Program-made: the position numbers and the translations under genes | Notes under the pieces: generated by a model | Seen by the model: only the letters and a program-made list of their open reading frames with translations | What the model was told of the DNA's origin: nothing | Database searches by the model: none | Assembly: GCA_964016885.1 (NCBI GenBank) | Contig: OZ024740.1 | Span: 104,780,001 to 104,844,000, forward strand | From: Eledone cirrhosa | Taxonomy: Eukaryota | Direction: 5' to 3' | Length of the DNA: 64,000 bases | Shown here: piece by piece, positions 15,601 to 27,900 of the stretch | How the letters are laid out: every line of letters starts with the position of its first letter | Numbering within the stretch: the stretch's first letter is position 1

Positions 15601-18600
15601 TTACAGCCAGGTGGACTGTACCTCATTACAGCCAGGTGGACTGTACCTTGTTACAGCCAGATGGACTACCTCATTGCAGCCAGGTGGACTGTACCTCATT
15701 ACAGCCAGGTGGACTGTACCTTATGACAGCCAGGTGGACTGTACTTCATTTCAGCCTGGTGGACTGTACCTCATTACAGCCAGGTGGACTGTACCTCATT
15801 ACAGCCAGGTGGACTGTACCTTGTTACAGCCAGATGGACTACCTCATTGCAGCCAGGTGGACTGTACCTCATTACAGCCAGGTGGACTGTACCTTGTTAC
15901 AGCCAGATGGACTGTACCTCATTACAGCCAGGTGGACTGTAGCTTTACATGGCATCTGGTTATAACCAGGTGGACTGAATATATATAGTTATCTATCTCT
16001 TTCCCTGCACCACTAACATATATATGCCCTGCTTAACTTGGATTTGGTTTTCCTTTGAAATTCTATAATGACCATCATTTCCTTCAGTGTGGATCCTTTC
16101 ATAACTGGACATCCCACACTTTGATGGACATTAGAGGGGAGGAGGGCACTAGCTATTAATTTGCATACAGGCCTCCTTTCCCACTTCTCTTGGTAGAGTT
16201 ACATACACACACACACACTCGTTCACATAATTGTAGACACACACACATTTACACATATTCATTAACTCCAAGATACACACACATACATACATCATTTTGT
16301 TAGTGATTTATGGTGTATTAATGGTTGTGTATGTATGTATGTATGTGTGTGTGTGTGCATGCGCGTGTGTGTGGGTGTGCACATGTGTGTCAATCAGTCT
16401 GTCCATGTCTCACCACAATATTTGAATCTGGTTTTACAAGTTATGTACAATGTTGATATTTAATCATTTTGTGAAGTTGCAATGTAAGGTTCACACGGGA
16501 CTGTATGTAATGGTGGTAGTGGTGTGATTTGGTGTGGTGGTAGTGTGGTGTGGTGTGGTGGTAGTATGTAGTGTGGTGTGGTGTGTGGTGGTGGTGTGTA
16601 GTGTGGTGTGTGATGGTGTGGTGGTAGTGTGGTGTGGTGGGGTGGTGGTGTAGTGTGGTGTGGTGTGGTATAGTATGTAGTGCTGGTAGTAGTATGGTGT
16701 GTGTGGTGGTGATAAAGTGTGATAATAGTGTGTTGGTGGTTGATGTTGATGGTAGATGTGGTTGGAAGTGATGGTTGGCAGTGATGAGATGTAATAGTGT
16801 GGAGTAGTGTTATGTAAAGGTTGGCATGGTGACATGTAATAGTTGATGGTGGTGGTGGTGAGGTGTGATAGTAGTGGAGTGGGGGTGCTGAAATATGATT
16901 ATGGTGTATTTAGTGGTTGCGGTATTTATGGGTGTGGCATGGTGTATTTAGTGGTTGTGGTGTGTAATAGGATAGTGATATGATTTGCAGTGGAATTGTA
17001 ATATGGTGCAGTGGTGTTGTGGTATGTGAACTAGTAATAGTGTTTATTTTAAATGGAATAGTATACTGTGGCGTGGCTGTGCTGTAGTGTAAGATGTGGT
17101 GTAATGGTATCATGTGAATGTATACATAGATATATAATATACACTCCATTTATTACATACATATATGATATATACACACCATTTATTACATACATATGTT
17201 ATACACACACACTGTTTATTACATACATATATGATATACACACCATTTATTATATACATGGCACATGGCACATGGCTGAGTGGCCTTGCAATCAAAAGGT
17301 TGTGAGTTCAATTCTCAGACCGGGTGATGTGTTGTTTCCTTGAGCAAGACACTTTATTTCACATTGCTCCAGTTTACTCAGCTGTAGAAATGAGATGATA
17401 GGGACTGGGGTCCATATCATTCCACTGCAAAGTGGTCATGGAGGTGCCACGGCAAAAAAGCACCCAGCACTCACTGTAAATGAGGTTGGTGTTAGGAAGG
17501 GCATCCAGCTGTAGAAATCAAGCCAGAATCAGTTCCCGTCCCACCCTTGCAAGCAGGGAAAAGTGGACGTAAAATGAAATGATGATGATGATGATATATA
17601 ATATCTTGGTTCTCCATCATAAACGATACTTTATTGTTGTTCCCGTCTGCCGTGGGTACGAAGGTGGCTGTGGAGGCCGATCCTTGACTTGCAGGTCCAG
17701 GGACAGTGGGGGCAGGGGAAGAGACCGAAGTCAGACTGACTGGCAACTCCCAGAGGTTACCTCCACCTGTTACCTCCACCTCTCGCCCATCGCCACAGGG
17801 CTTTGGGAGTGCACGCTAAAGAAGAAACCTGTGCGGGAAAGGTTTATAGTGGGAGGGCCAGTGCACAGTGACGGTCCCACTCACTCGGCCGCAGAAGCCA
17901 GAATCCGGGGGTACGGAGGACCGTCAAGACCAGGGACTTACTTGGCTGCAGTGGATGGCCACAACGTCTGTAGTGCCTTGCCGTGCCCTAGCACTCCACA
18001 CCGCTTGCTGTCACCGCCTTTGTGACCGTTGGGACGATGTTGTCCTCCTCCACTCACTCCACAGAGTCCAGTCTTCGCATGCAGGGGCAGGCATCCCCTA
18101 CCTAACTCACCGGGGGGGGGGGGGGGGGGGGGGTTCAGACTCGTCTGGCTACCCTCAACCTGGTTCGGCCCGCCAACCAAGGCGGTTTACCGGGGTCTAG
18201 TGTGCCCACAGGTGAGAGCTGATATATAATATACACAGCATTTATTACGTATATGTGATATAAACATTCCATTTATTTAATAATAATAATAATGAAATTA
18301 TATATATATACGGAGGCACATGGCTTAGTGGTTAGAGCATTAGCCTTGCAATCGAAAGGTTGTGAGTTCAATTCTCAGACTAGGTGATGTGTTGTTTCCT
18401 TGAGCAAGACACTTTATTTCACATTGCTCCAGTTTACTCAGCTGTAGAAATGAGATGATAGGGACTGGGGTCCATATCATTCCACTGCAAAGTGGTCGTG
18501 GAGGTGCCACGGCAAAAAAGCACCCAGCACTCACTGTAAATGAGGTTGGTGTTAGGAAAGGCATCCAGCTGTAGAAATCAAGCCAGCATCAGTTCCCGTC

Positions 18601-18960
18601 CCACCCTTGCAAGCAGGGAAAAAGCGGACGTAAAATGAAATGATGATGATGATGATGATACATATATATATATATATACATATATATGTAGAGGTTATAT
18701 TTAATTTATTGGGATATAACAAGCAAAATATTTTTATAAAGCACTCAACAAATTATTGGAGTAAACTATCCAGGAGATGCCAACCAGAATGGTTGCATTT
18801 TTTTAAGGGTATGTCAATATTTATTTATAAAACTAACCTATATTATATTTTATCTGCTGAAAGCGCACCATAGGTTGCCTTGGTGGCCCTTGAAATATGT
18901 ATAATGAAATAAATATGGTTTTATAAATATAGTTTCCATTTGTTAATATATTGTATATAC

Positions 18961-18992
<32 letters not shown>

Positions 18993-21900
18993 GTATATAT
19001 ATATACATATTTCATCATCATCATCATTTCATTTTACATCCGCTTTTCCCTGCTTGTAAGGGTGGGACGGGAACTGATTCTGGCTTGATTTCTACAGCTG
19101 GATGCTCTTCCTAACACCAACCTCATTTACAGTGAGTGCTGGGTGCTTTTTTGCTGTAGCACCTCCACGACCACTTTACAGTGGAATGATAGGGACCCCA
19201 GTCCCTATCATCTCATTTCTACAGCTGAGTAAACTGGAGCAATGTGAAATAAAGTGTCTTGCTCAAGGAAACAACACATCACCCGGTCTGACAATTGAAC
19301 TCACAACCTTTCGATTGCAAGGCCAATGCTCTAACCACTAAGCCATGTGCCTTCATATATATATATATGGCTCTCTCAGACATGCCCTCTGTAGTACATA
19401 CAACAACACCCCTCACTAGCTATGCTGATGACACTAAGGTAGCACAGGCAATCAAAAACCCGGTTGACGCTCCCTTTTACAAGAAGATCTGGATGCCATA
19501 TACAAATGGGCGGAAGACAACTACATGCAGTGTAATGCTGGCAAATTCCAAGCCCTACAATACAAACCTGCAAATACAAATACAGTACAACACAGTTACG
19601 CTGGACCAGGGGGGACCGATATCCCCGTGCCAAAATCGATACGAGACCTGGGTATAGACATGAGCGATGATGCATCTTTTTCCTCACACATCATGAAAGT
19701 GGCGACAATGTGCAGACGACTCGCTGGCTGGATCTTGGATCTTGAGGACTTTCCGGACAATAGACCGAGACACCGTATTGACACTATGGAGGACATTTGT
19801 CCTAAGCCGCCTGGGCTATTGCTCCCAGTTGTGGTCACCCCATAGTGTCAAACTAACCACAGAGCTTGAGGCAATCTAGCGAAGCTACACCAAGAGGATT
19901 GCCACGATGAAGGAGATAAGCTACTGGGAGAGGCTAAAAGAACTGAACCTCTACTCCTTGGAACGAAGACGGGAGAGATACGCAGTGATCTACATGTGGA
20001 AAATCCTGAAGGGACTAGCACCAAACTTTGGCATTGGGAGCTGGACCAACCGTCGAATAAGGAGCAGATATTATTATCTTAGAGGTCCCAGATGTGGCCC
20101 GAAAGTGTAGTGGCATGTCGCCGGACCGGGTTTCGGAAAGTATGTCGGTGTTGGTAGAGCCGGGTCTTGAAGTCACAAGCGGTTAATCCTATATAAGGTT
20201 TGTTGGAGGTGTCCGTCCTCACGTTGTACTGGTAGATCACGTTCCGTTCTCGTACCCTTAACCTCGAAAATGATCTGTACTACCCATACAGGAAACCAAA
20301 CGACAACCTGCACTATATCCACCGCCGCTCTAACCATCCTAGAAACATCACCAATAACCTGGTTAAAAACATCTCCGTGATCTACCAGTGCAACGTGAGG
20401 ACGGACACTTCCAACAAAGCTTATATAGGATTAACCGCTTGTGACTTCAAGACCCGGCTCTACCAACACCGACATACTTTCCGAAACCCGGTCCGGCGAT
20501 ATGCCACTACACTTTCGGGCCACATCTGGGACCTCTAAGATAATAATATAACCTACAATCTCACTTGGAGCTTACTGTCCAGAGCTAACCCTTACACGGG
20601 AGGATGCCGTCCGTGTAACTTATGCTCGGAGGAAACATTACAAATGCTGTTTTCGAAGGACCAACTCCTAAACAAGAAAAACGAACTGGTAACCGCATGC
20701 AAACACAGATTGTGTAGGACCTACCTCGCCCTCAAACCCCATAATGACCCGGGTGAGTAGACAAGGGCTGTTACCCCCACTTGCTGAATAAGTTAGGGGA
20801 AACCCCTGCTTACATAGGTAGAAGTACCTCTTTTCTTTTCCTCTACGTTTCCTTCTTCCTCCCTCGTCTCATTCTATCACTTCCTTCCACCCCCGATCTT
20901 CTTCCTCGTCTGTCTTTCCCCTTTCGCCTACCCCGATGCAGCCCATCAGTCCTCTGTAGCCTCAGTACCCCCACCCCTGTATTTTTAAGATAGAATTGGC
21001 CGATTATGCTTTACTAACTATTTATAGCAGATGTGTTAGACTCCTGTAATTTATTCTTTTATTTTGTTACTACTCCATTTCTACAATTTCAATATTTCTC
21101 ATTTAGTAGTTTCTTATCTCTACTTATTTACCTGTAATTGTAAGATAGCATTGGCTGATTATGCTTTACTAACTATTTATAGCAGCTGTGTTAGACCCCT
21201 TGGAAAGTTTGCATTATATTTTTCACGACCCACTCCTACATTCTCTTATTTAGTATTTTACACTCTACTTATTAAACTTTCCTATAGCTTTGCCGTACCA
21301 GCAACATCTACTAATTATAGCAGCTGTTTCTAGACTCTACTGTATTTGTTTTTTCATTTCTCAATATATAATTTTTTATATATATATATATATTTTTTTT
21401 TTAATTGTCTTCGACTTACCTATTGTTTATACTCCCCTCATCCTTTTCCCCAGAACATTCTGTCATACACTATCGTTAGAATCTGTTGTATAGATTTCAC
21501 TTTCAACGCCTGACTGGCTTTACTCATTCCTTCTTTGTTCTACCGGCAAGTTCAGCCACCCCTACCTCCCACCAAATGCCATGACAGATCTACTTGTCTT
21601 TACAACAAAATTTGACCAATCCTCTTGACAATTACAATCTTCCCATATAAGGAAGTTCCCCTTCATAAGTTCGGCTATTTATTTACCAGGCTAAAAATTC
21701 TAATTTAGTCCTGAAATAGCTGTTGAAACGGCTTGAGCTCTGCCGTCGGGGTCATACCTTTTCCTATACATATATATATATATATATACACATACATACA
21801 TATATATATTAATTCCAAATATTAACAAAACAGATATTCTTGTGATCAATTAAATTTTATTATACATATTTCAGAGGTACTGAATTAAGTTCCAGGTGCT

Positions 21901-24900
21901 TCTGGGTCTGCCTACCCCGTAACTTCCATCAATTTTGATTGCCCTGCACTTTTTTATACAGCTGTTGTCTTTCATACGCATCACGTGACCATACCAACGT
22001 AGTCTTCTCTCGAGTAAACAGCATCTGATCCCTCTTATACCTAATTTCTCACTTAGTTCATTTATGCTTTGCTGTTCACGTATATTACTATTACACATCC
22101 AGCGTAGCATGCATGCTTCGTTCCTTATGTGTGTGTATTTATATATGTGTATATATATATGTGTGTGTGTGTGTATATGATCAGATTAGCATGGGAGGGG
22201 GGTGTTCCGAGGCCATAGTATCTAGAATAAGGACGGGTTGGAAGAAGTTTAGGGAGCTGCTTCCTCTGTTGACTAAGAAGGGTTTCTCCCTGCGTATGAA
22301 AGGACGGTTATATGATGCCTGTGTGAGATGCGCGATGCTGCATGGTAGGGAGACATGGGCTCCAACTGCAGAAGATATGCGACGGCTGGAGAGAAATGAA
22401 GCAAGTATGCTCCGTTAGATGTGCAATGTCAATGTGCGTGAACGACCAAGCATAGACGAGTTGAGAAAGAAACTGGGTATAACAGGGATAAGTTGTGGTG
22501 TGCAGGAGAGAAGGCTGAGATGGTATGGACATGTGATACGCATGGAGGGTGACCACTGGGTGAAGAAATGCCAGGAAGTCCCAGTGGAGGGAAGACGCAG
22601 TAGAGGAAGACCACAAAAAACATGGGCAGAGGTGGTGAGAGCAAACCTCAGATCGTTGAAACTCACCGAGGAGATGACGAAGGACCGTGACAAGTGGAGA
22701 GATGCTGTGCTGAATAGTACCCCATCCAACCCTTGCAAGCAGGGAAAAGCGGACGTAAAATGATGATGATGATATATATATCTTTGTTGTGGAAGTAACA
22801 TATCCAAATTGTTTGTGTTTCTGTGTTTCTGTGTGTGTTTGTGTGTGTGTGCTGACACATTATATCCTATCAACCCTTCAAAATTTTAAACCTTTGATGT
22901 GTTAATTCTTTGGTTATGTTAACCAATCATTGCTATACTTTCATTCTTTCATCTACAGCATCACAGCTATCATCCTTCTTTTCCTCGAGATTGTATTCTT
23001 GATCGACATATGGTTGTCTCTCTGCACCAGGTAAGTGTTTCCTTGTTGTCCATACAAACATATACATACATATACACAAAAGCACATATATATACAGCAA
23101 CACACTCACACACACACATATATATAAGAGGGTTGGCAGAAATATTCATAGGCTGACTATGATACTCTCATGGAATGATGGAATGTGGTTTATTTTTCAA
23201 CATCAACCCTGGAAAGAAACAATACAGTTATTAATAAGAGTTGAAATTATACATGCAAGTTTTCACAACTCTAGCATCAATAATTCATTGTCAGCCTATG
23301 AACTTTTCAGCTGACCCTCATAGTGTGTCAGAAGGGATCTTTACAAGGTAGCTCGACCTGCTAGAAATAGAGCACTGCTCTACTTTACAATCCTTTAGTT
23401 GAGGGAGCCTCTATGTGGTTACTTGAACTACTAGAAACAGCAGCCAAATCTCCTTCATATTACACTGTACCATCTTTAAAAGGCACACATTAGATAGTGT
23501 AGTATAAATTACAGTATCTGAATAAAAGATGAGATGACCATAGTTGGAGTGTCTTTGACCAGACCTACAACTAAATAACAACAGCAACAACAACACTATA
23601 TTACATAAATCTATCCACTCACAAACAAATACTGAAAACAACCTTAAGAAACAACACAAAACAAAAATGGCTAGGAAACTACTTGTCAGGCTTCTGTGCC
23701 TATTGTAATATACAGGGACAACACTTTAGAAACCTGTAATTTCCATGGATGGAGTTGCACAGAGATCTGTCCTCTCATCCATTTTTTGAACCTTAGTACA
23801 TTTCTATTAAATAGGCAGTCTTATATGTAGATGATATCATGCTGACCCCTCTCACAAAAATACATAATTCCTCTTCAACATTCATTCCTCTTCAACACAC
23901 ATAGAGAACATAGTAAGGAAGGTAAAATGATAGAACTATATCAAAAACAACCACAGGTACTTCATTTTACAAATAGAAAGTACAACAATAGCCTACAAGC
24001 AATATAGATTCATCCTAGCTGGGCCACCAATCTCACCACAACAAACCTCAATAAATTGTGTTTTTTCTTTTTTTTCTTACTCTCTCTCTAAAGAAATTAG
24101 CTGTGTTCAGACCAAGGGAGGTGATGGGCTCTCCCAGGTTTAAAGACAATACCCCTATAACTCCATTAGGAGTTATGGATTCTTACATACATACAGTATT
24201 GGTGGCTAGTTAAAGTTAGTAGTACAAAATACATGCAAACATTGCCTATATAGAGAAAAATTAGTTTTCTTTTAATTTGTCAGCTCTTTGGTTAATATTA
24301 GGTCAAACATTTGTAAAAGGAATGGCAAATGAAAGTGTGAGGGTGTATATGGAATGTCACTTTACTTGTTCAATTATACATTTACCAACTTTTTATTTAA
24401 ATGTCTTTCTTCAATAAAGAAAAATATAATTATATTATTGATGTGGGAAATACACCTTAAGTGTCGTTGACATTTAAGTGATCTTAGGTCAAGATATCTT
24501 TAGACAGATGCGCATGTGTAGAGTAAAGGCGTGTGCTTATGATCTTAAGACTCGTGAGTTTGATTCCTGGACTGGGCAGTGTGTTGTTCTTGAGTAAGAT
24601 GTTTTGCTCCAAATTAGCTCAGCTGGAAAAAAATGAGTTGTACCTGTACACCTCAATTGGAGGAACCAGCCTTGTCATACAATGTATCATGCTGAATTTC
24701 TCTGTGGAGTGCTCAGCCACATAATATTAATTTTGTGAGCAGGCACTTCTGTTGATTTAATCAACTGGATAACTCTTCAACAGAAATGACAGAGATCCAA
24801 CAACTATATATATACATTATATTATAGAGATGTATAGGAAAACATATATAGTACATTTATATACAATAGACATATGGGTAGCTTTGCTGACTAAGAAAAA

Positions 24901-27900
24901 TATTTTTTGTAACAAAATGGAAGAAGTTTATTTTTCTCTATTTGCATGATCACTTGCTGGCAATGCTCATTTGCATATAGCAAAGCAGAAAACATTGGCT
25001 GGAAGTGGTCATTTCCATATAATGCAAATCTGGCTGATTATATTTAATTGGCTGTAGCACTAAGACAGAGTTTAAGCATAATAGAGGTGTATATGAAGAC
25101 ATATATAAACATATTTAATACATTTATGTACAATCGGTAACCTCGCTGCTGAAGAAAAACATTTTCTCATAATGAAATGAAAAAATTTAATTTTTCTCTA
25201 CTCTCCTCTTGCCAGTTTATTCTGAGATTGTCAGATAACGCGTTGTTTCAAGATTTGTTAATCTTTCATCAGTGACACTCACTCAAAACACACTGGCATG
25301 AAATAAACTATAGTCTAGAATTATGCGTGATGATCACATCCTTGATATGCTCATTTGCATATAGCAAAGCAGAAAACATCGGCTGGAAGTGGTCGTTTGC
25401 CTATTTTGCTTCTCTCCGACCAACTTCATACAATAATAATGGTTTCTGATTTGATACAAGGTCAACAATTTTAAGGGAAGGAAGGTCGATAAAATCGACC
25501 ACAATGCGTTACTGGTACTTTATTTTATCAACCTCGTAAAGATGAAAAGTAAAGCTAACCTCGACAGATTTGAACTCAGAACATAAAGGGCTGTAACTAT
25601 ATGCCACGAAGCAAGTTGTCTGATATTCTCTTTTATCTGAAGCCCAGTTTTTACTAGTTTTACATCCTGTTGTTCCCTGGTGGCAGGGGTGTAATAGTGT
25701 ATTTTTTACTAAAATAGTTTTTACTCAACTATAAAGATTATTGGCGCTTGATTTTTGTTCAGCCAAACTGGAATAAGCAGAGTTGTGTATCTTGATCAGG
25801 ACTACAATACAATCATTATAATAACAGGCGAACACCATGCTTTCCAGCATAGTTACGTCCCTTTACGATCTGAGTTCAAATCCCGCCGAGGTTTACTTTG
25901 CCTTTCATCCTTACGGGGTCGATAAAATAAAGTACCAGTAATGCACTAGGTAATTGCTAGCCTTGAGCCTAAAGTAGAAACAATTATTTTATTGGCAGTA
26001 CCTGTAGAGAGTCAGACACCATGCTTTGAAGCATAGAGTTACGTCCCTTTATCTGAATTCAAATCCCGCCGAGGTTAACTTTGCCTTTTATCCTTACAGG
26101 GTCAATAAAATAAAGTACCGGTAATGTACTGGGTATTGGCAGTATCGGTAGAGGGTCAGACGCCATGCTTTGCAGCAAAGTGTTACAGCCCTTTATGGTC
26201 TGAGTTCAAATCCTGCCGAGGTTAACTTTGCCTTTCATCCTTACGGGGTCGATAAAATAAAGTTTCAGTAATACACTGGGATAATTGCTGGCCTTGTGCC
26301 AAAAGTAGAAAAAATGATTTCTACATTAGAAATATAATAATTGTCTATGATTTTCAGATAATTTTGAAGATAATCGAGGATTTGGAAGTAATTAGTAATA
26401 TAACTGACTTTTTCATTATTAAGCTGGTGTTTAGGACATAACTTAACAGAGGTTCTTAAATAAAAATATCATGGGCGGTTTGTCGATAAATATAAACATT
26501 TTAAGATAAACAACTTTATATTGTAGAAGCTAAAGTGGTTTGATATGAAATGGATTGAGCAAACAGTTGTATTTTATTACTGCTATTCTGCATTATCTAG
26601 TAGGTAATATTTCTCAAATGAAGATATGGAAAAAAGTAAAAACTTTCGTCGGATTATAGGTAGATTTAAATTTAGAATGTATACCATCAACAATTCCGTA
26701 GGCTAGCGAGAAGACAGGAGGAGATAACTCTCAGTGACTAACACACAAGGGCAGGCTACTCTGAGGAATTAATACGTAAACAGTTTAACAACTAAGAAGC
26801 TGATGATATTGATATGAGACAGTTATGAAAGTCACAACTTCCCATTACTGTTCGATCATACCATTTTTAATCGAAGGAATGATTGATTTTTGATATTTGT
26901 TTTTGTTATAATTTTTTTTTAAATTATTGATTTCATTTTTGTAGCACCTGAGCATTGTGCACAATAATTTTCGTTATTATATATTAAACAATGCAGTTAA
27001 TAGAGTATATATATTATTGGTAATTATCAAGCCATCAAGGGAGCCTCTATATGGTCGCTTGACTTGCTAGAAATAGCATCCTAATTACTTTCAAATCATA
27101 TCTTGCCGTCTTAAAAAAAAAAAAGCCATGTTGGACAACAAAATTATGGGGTCCCTATACATAGTAAAAAGACGAGATGGTCACAACTAGAATGCCTTTT
27201 GTCGTAGGTTTGATTGAATATAGATGGCCTGGAGTAAAACAATAATAACAACAGCAATTGGTACTTTTGACAGATGGTGGTGGTCAAGTAGATTTGGTTT
27301 TAGGTGACTAGTCAAAGGTATTGCTTGAATCTGGTCCATAGCATATAATGATAGTGTATAATTCTCAGGGTTTGTACACCATAAGCATGGGTTTGCAACA
27401 GATCTAATATACGAGGATCGGCTGAAAAGTTCATAGGTTGTCCAAGATACTCATGGAATGACCAAATGAAGTTTATTTTTCAACATAGTCCCTCGAAAGA
27501 AACAATGCAGTTATTAATAAGAAGAGTTGAAATTAATGCATCCTAAGAACTTTTCAGCCGACCCTCATATAGTTCAGATAATTGACACATTCTGTATGAA
27601 ACACACTTATGGTAGATACCACAAGTTGAGGCTTACCTACAAAGAACTTGGAGGAGGAAATAGTGGGGTCAGATCTAAAAATGTTGATCCTCAAAGATGA
27701 GTTGATGCAATATTGAAATATGCTGTATTGCACAACTGTCGAACTCATGACAGTATGGAGAAATGATATTAAAGCAAATCAGCTGATAATCTGGTTGTTG
27801 TTTAGCCCCGAGTTGGCCCTCATTGAACACACCTAGTGTGTGACAGACTGCATGTTCTAATGCATTTCTTTTTAAAGATGATAATGTGTGATTTGAACAA

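Noticed and set aside
14591-15988. 465-aa and 375-aa repetitive ORFs; superficial CRISPR-like hairpin repeats
   Set aside because: Units are contiguous with no unique spacers and there are no cas genes. The ORFs arise because most 25-bp units lack stops, so every frame gives the same peptide.
18312-18385. tRNA gene
   Set aside because: A and B boxes are present, but no proper cloverleaf forms and it is the head of a multi-copy SINE.
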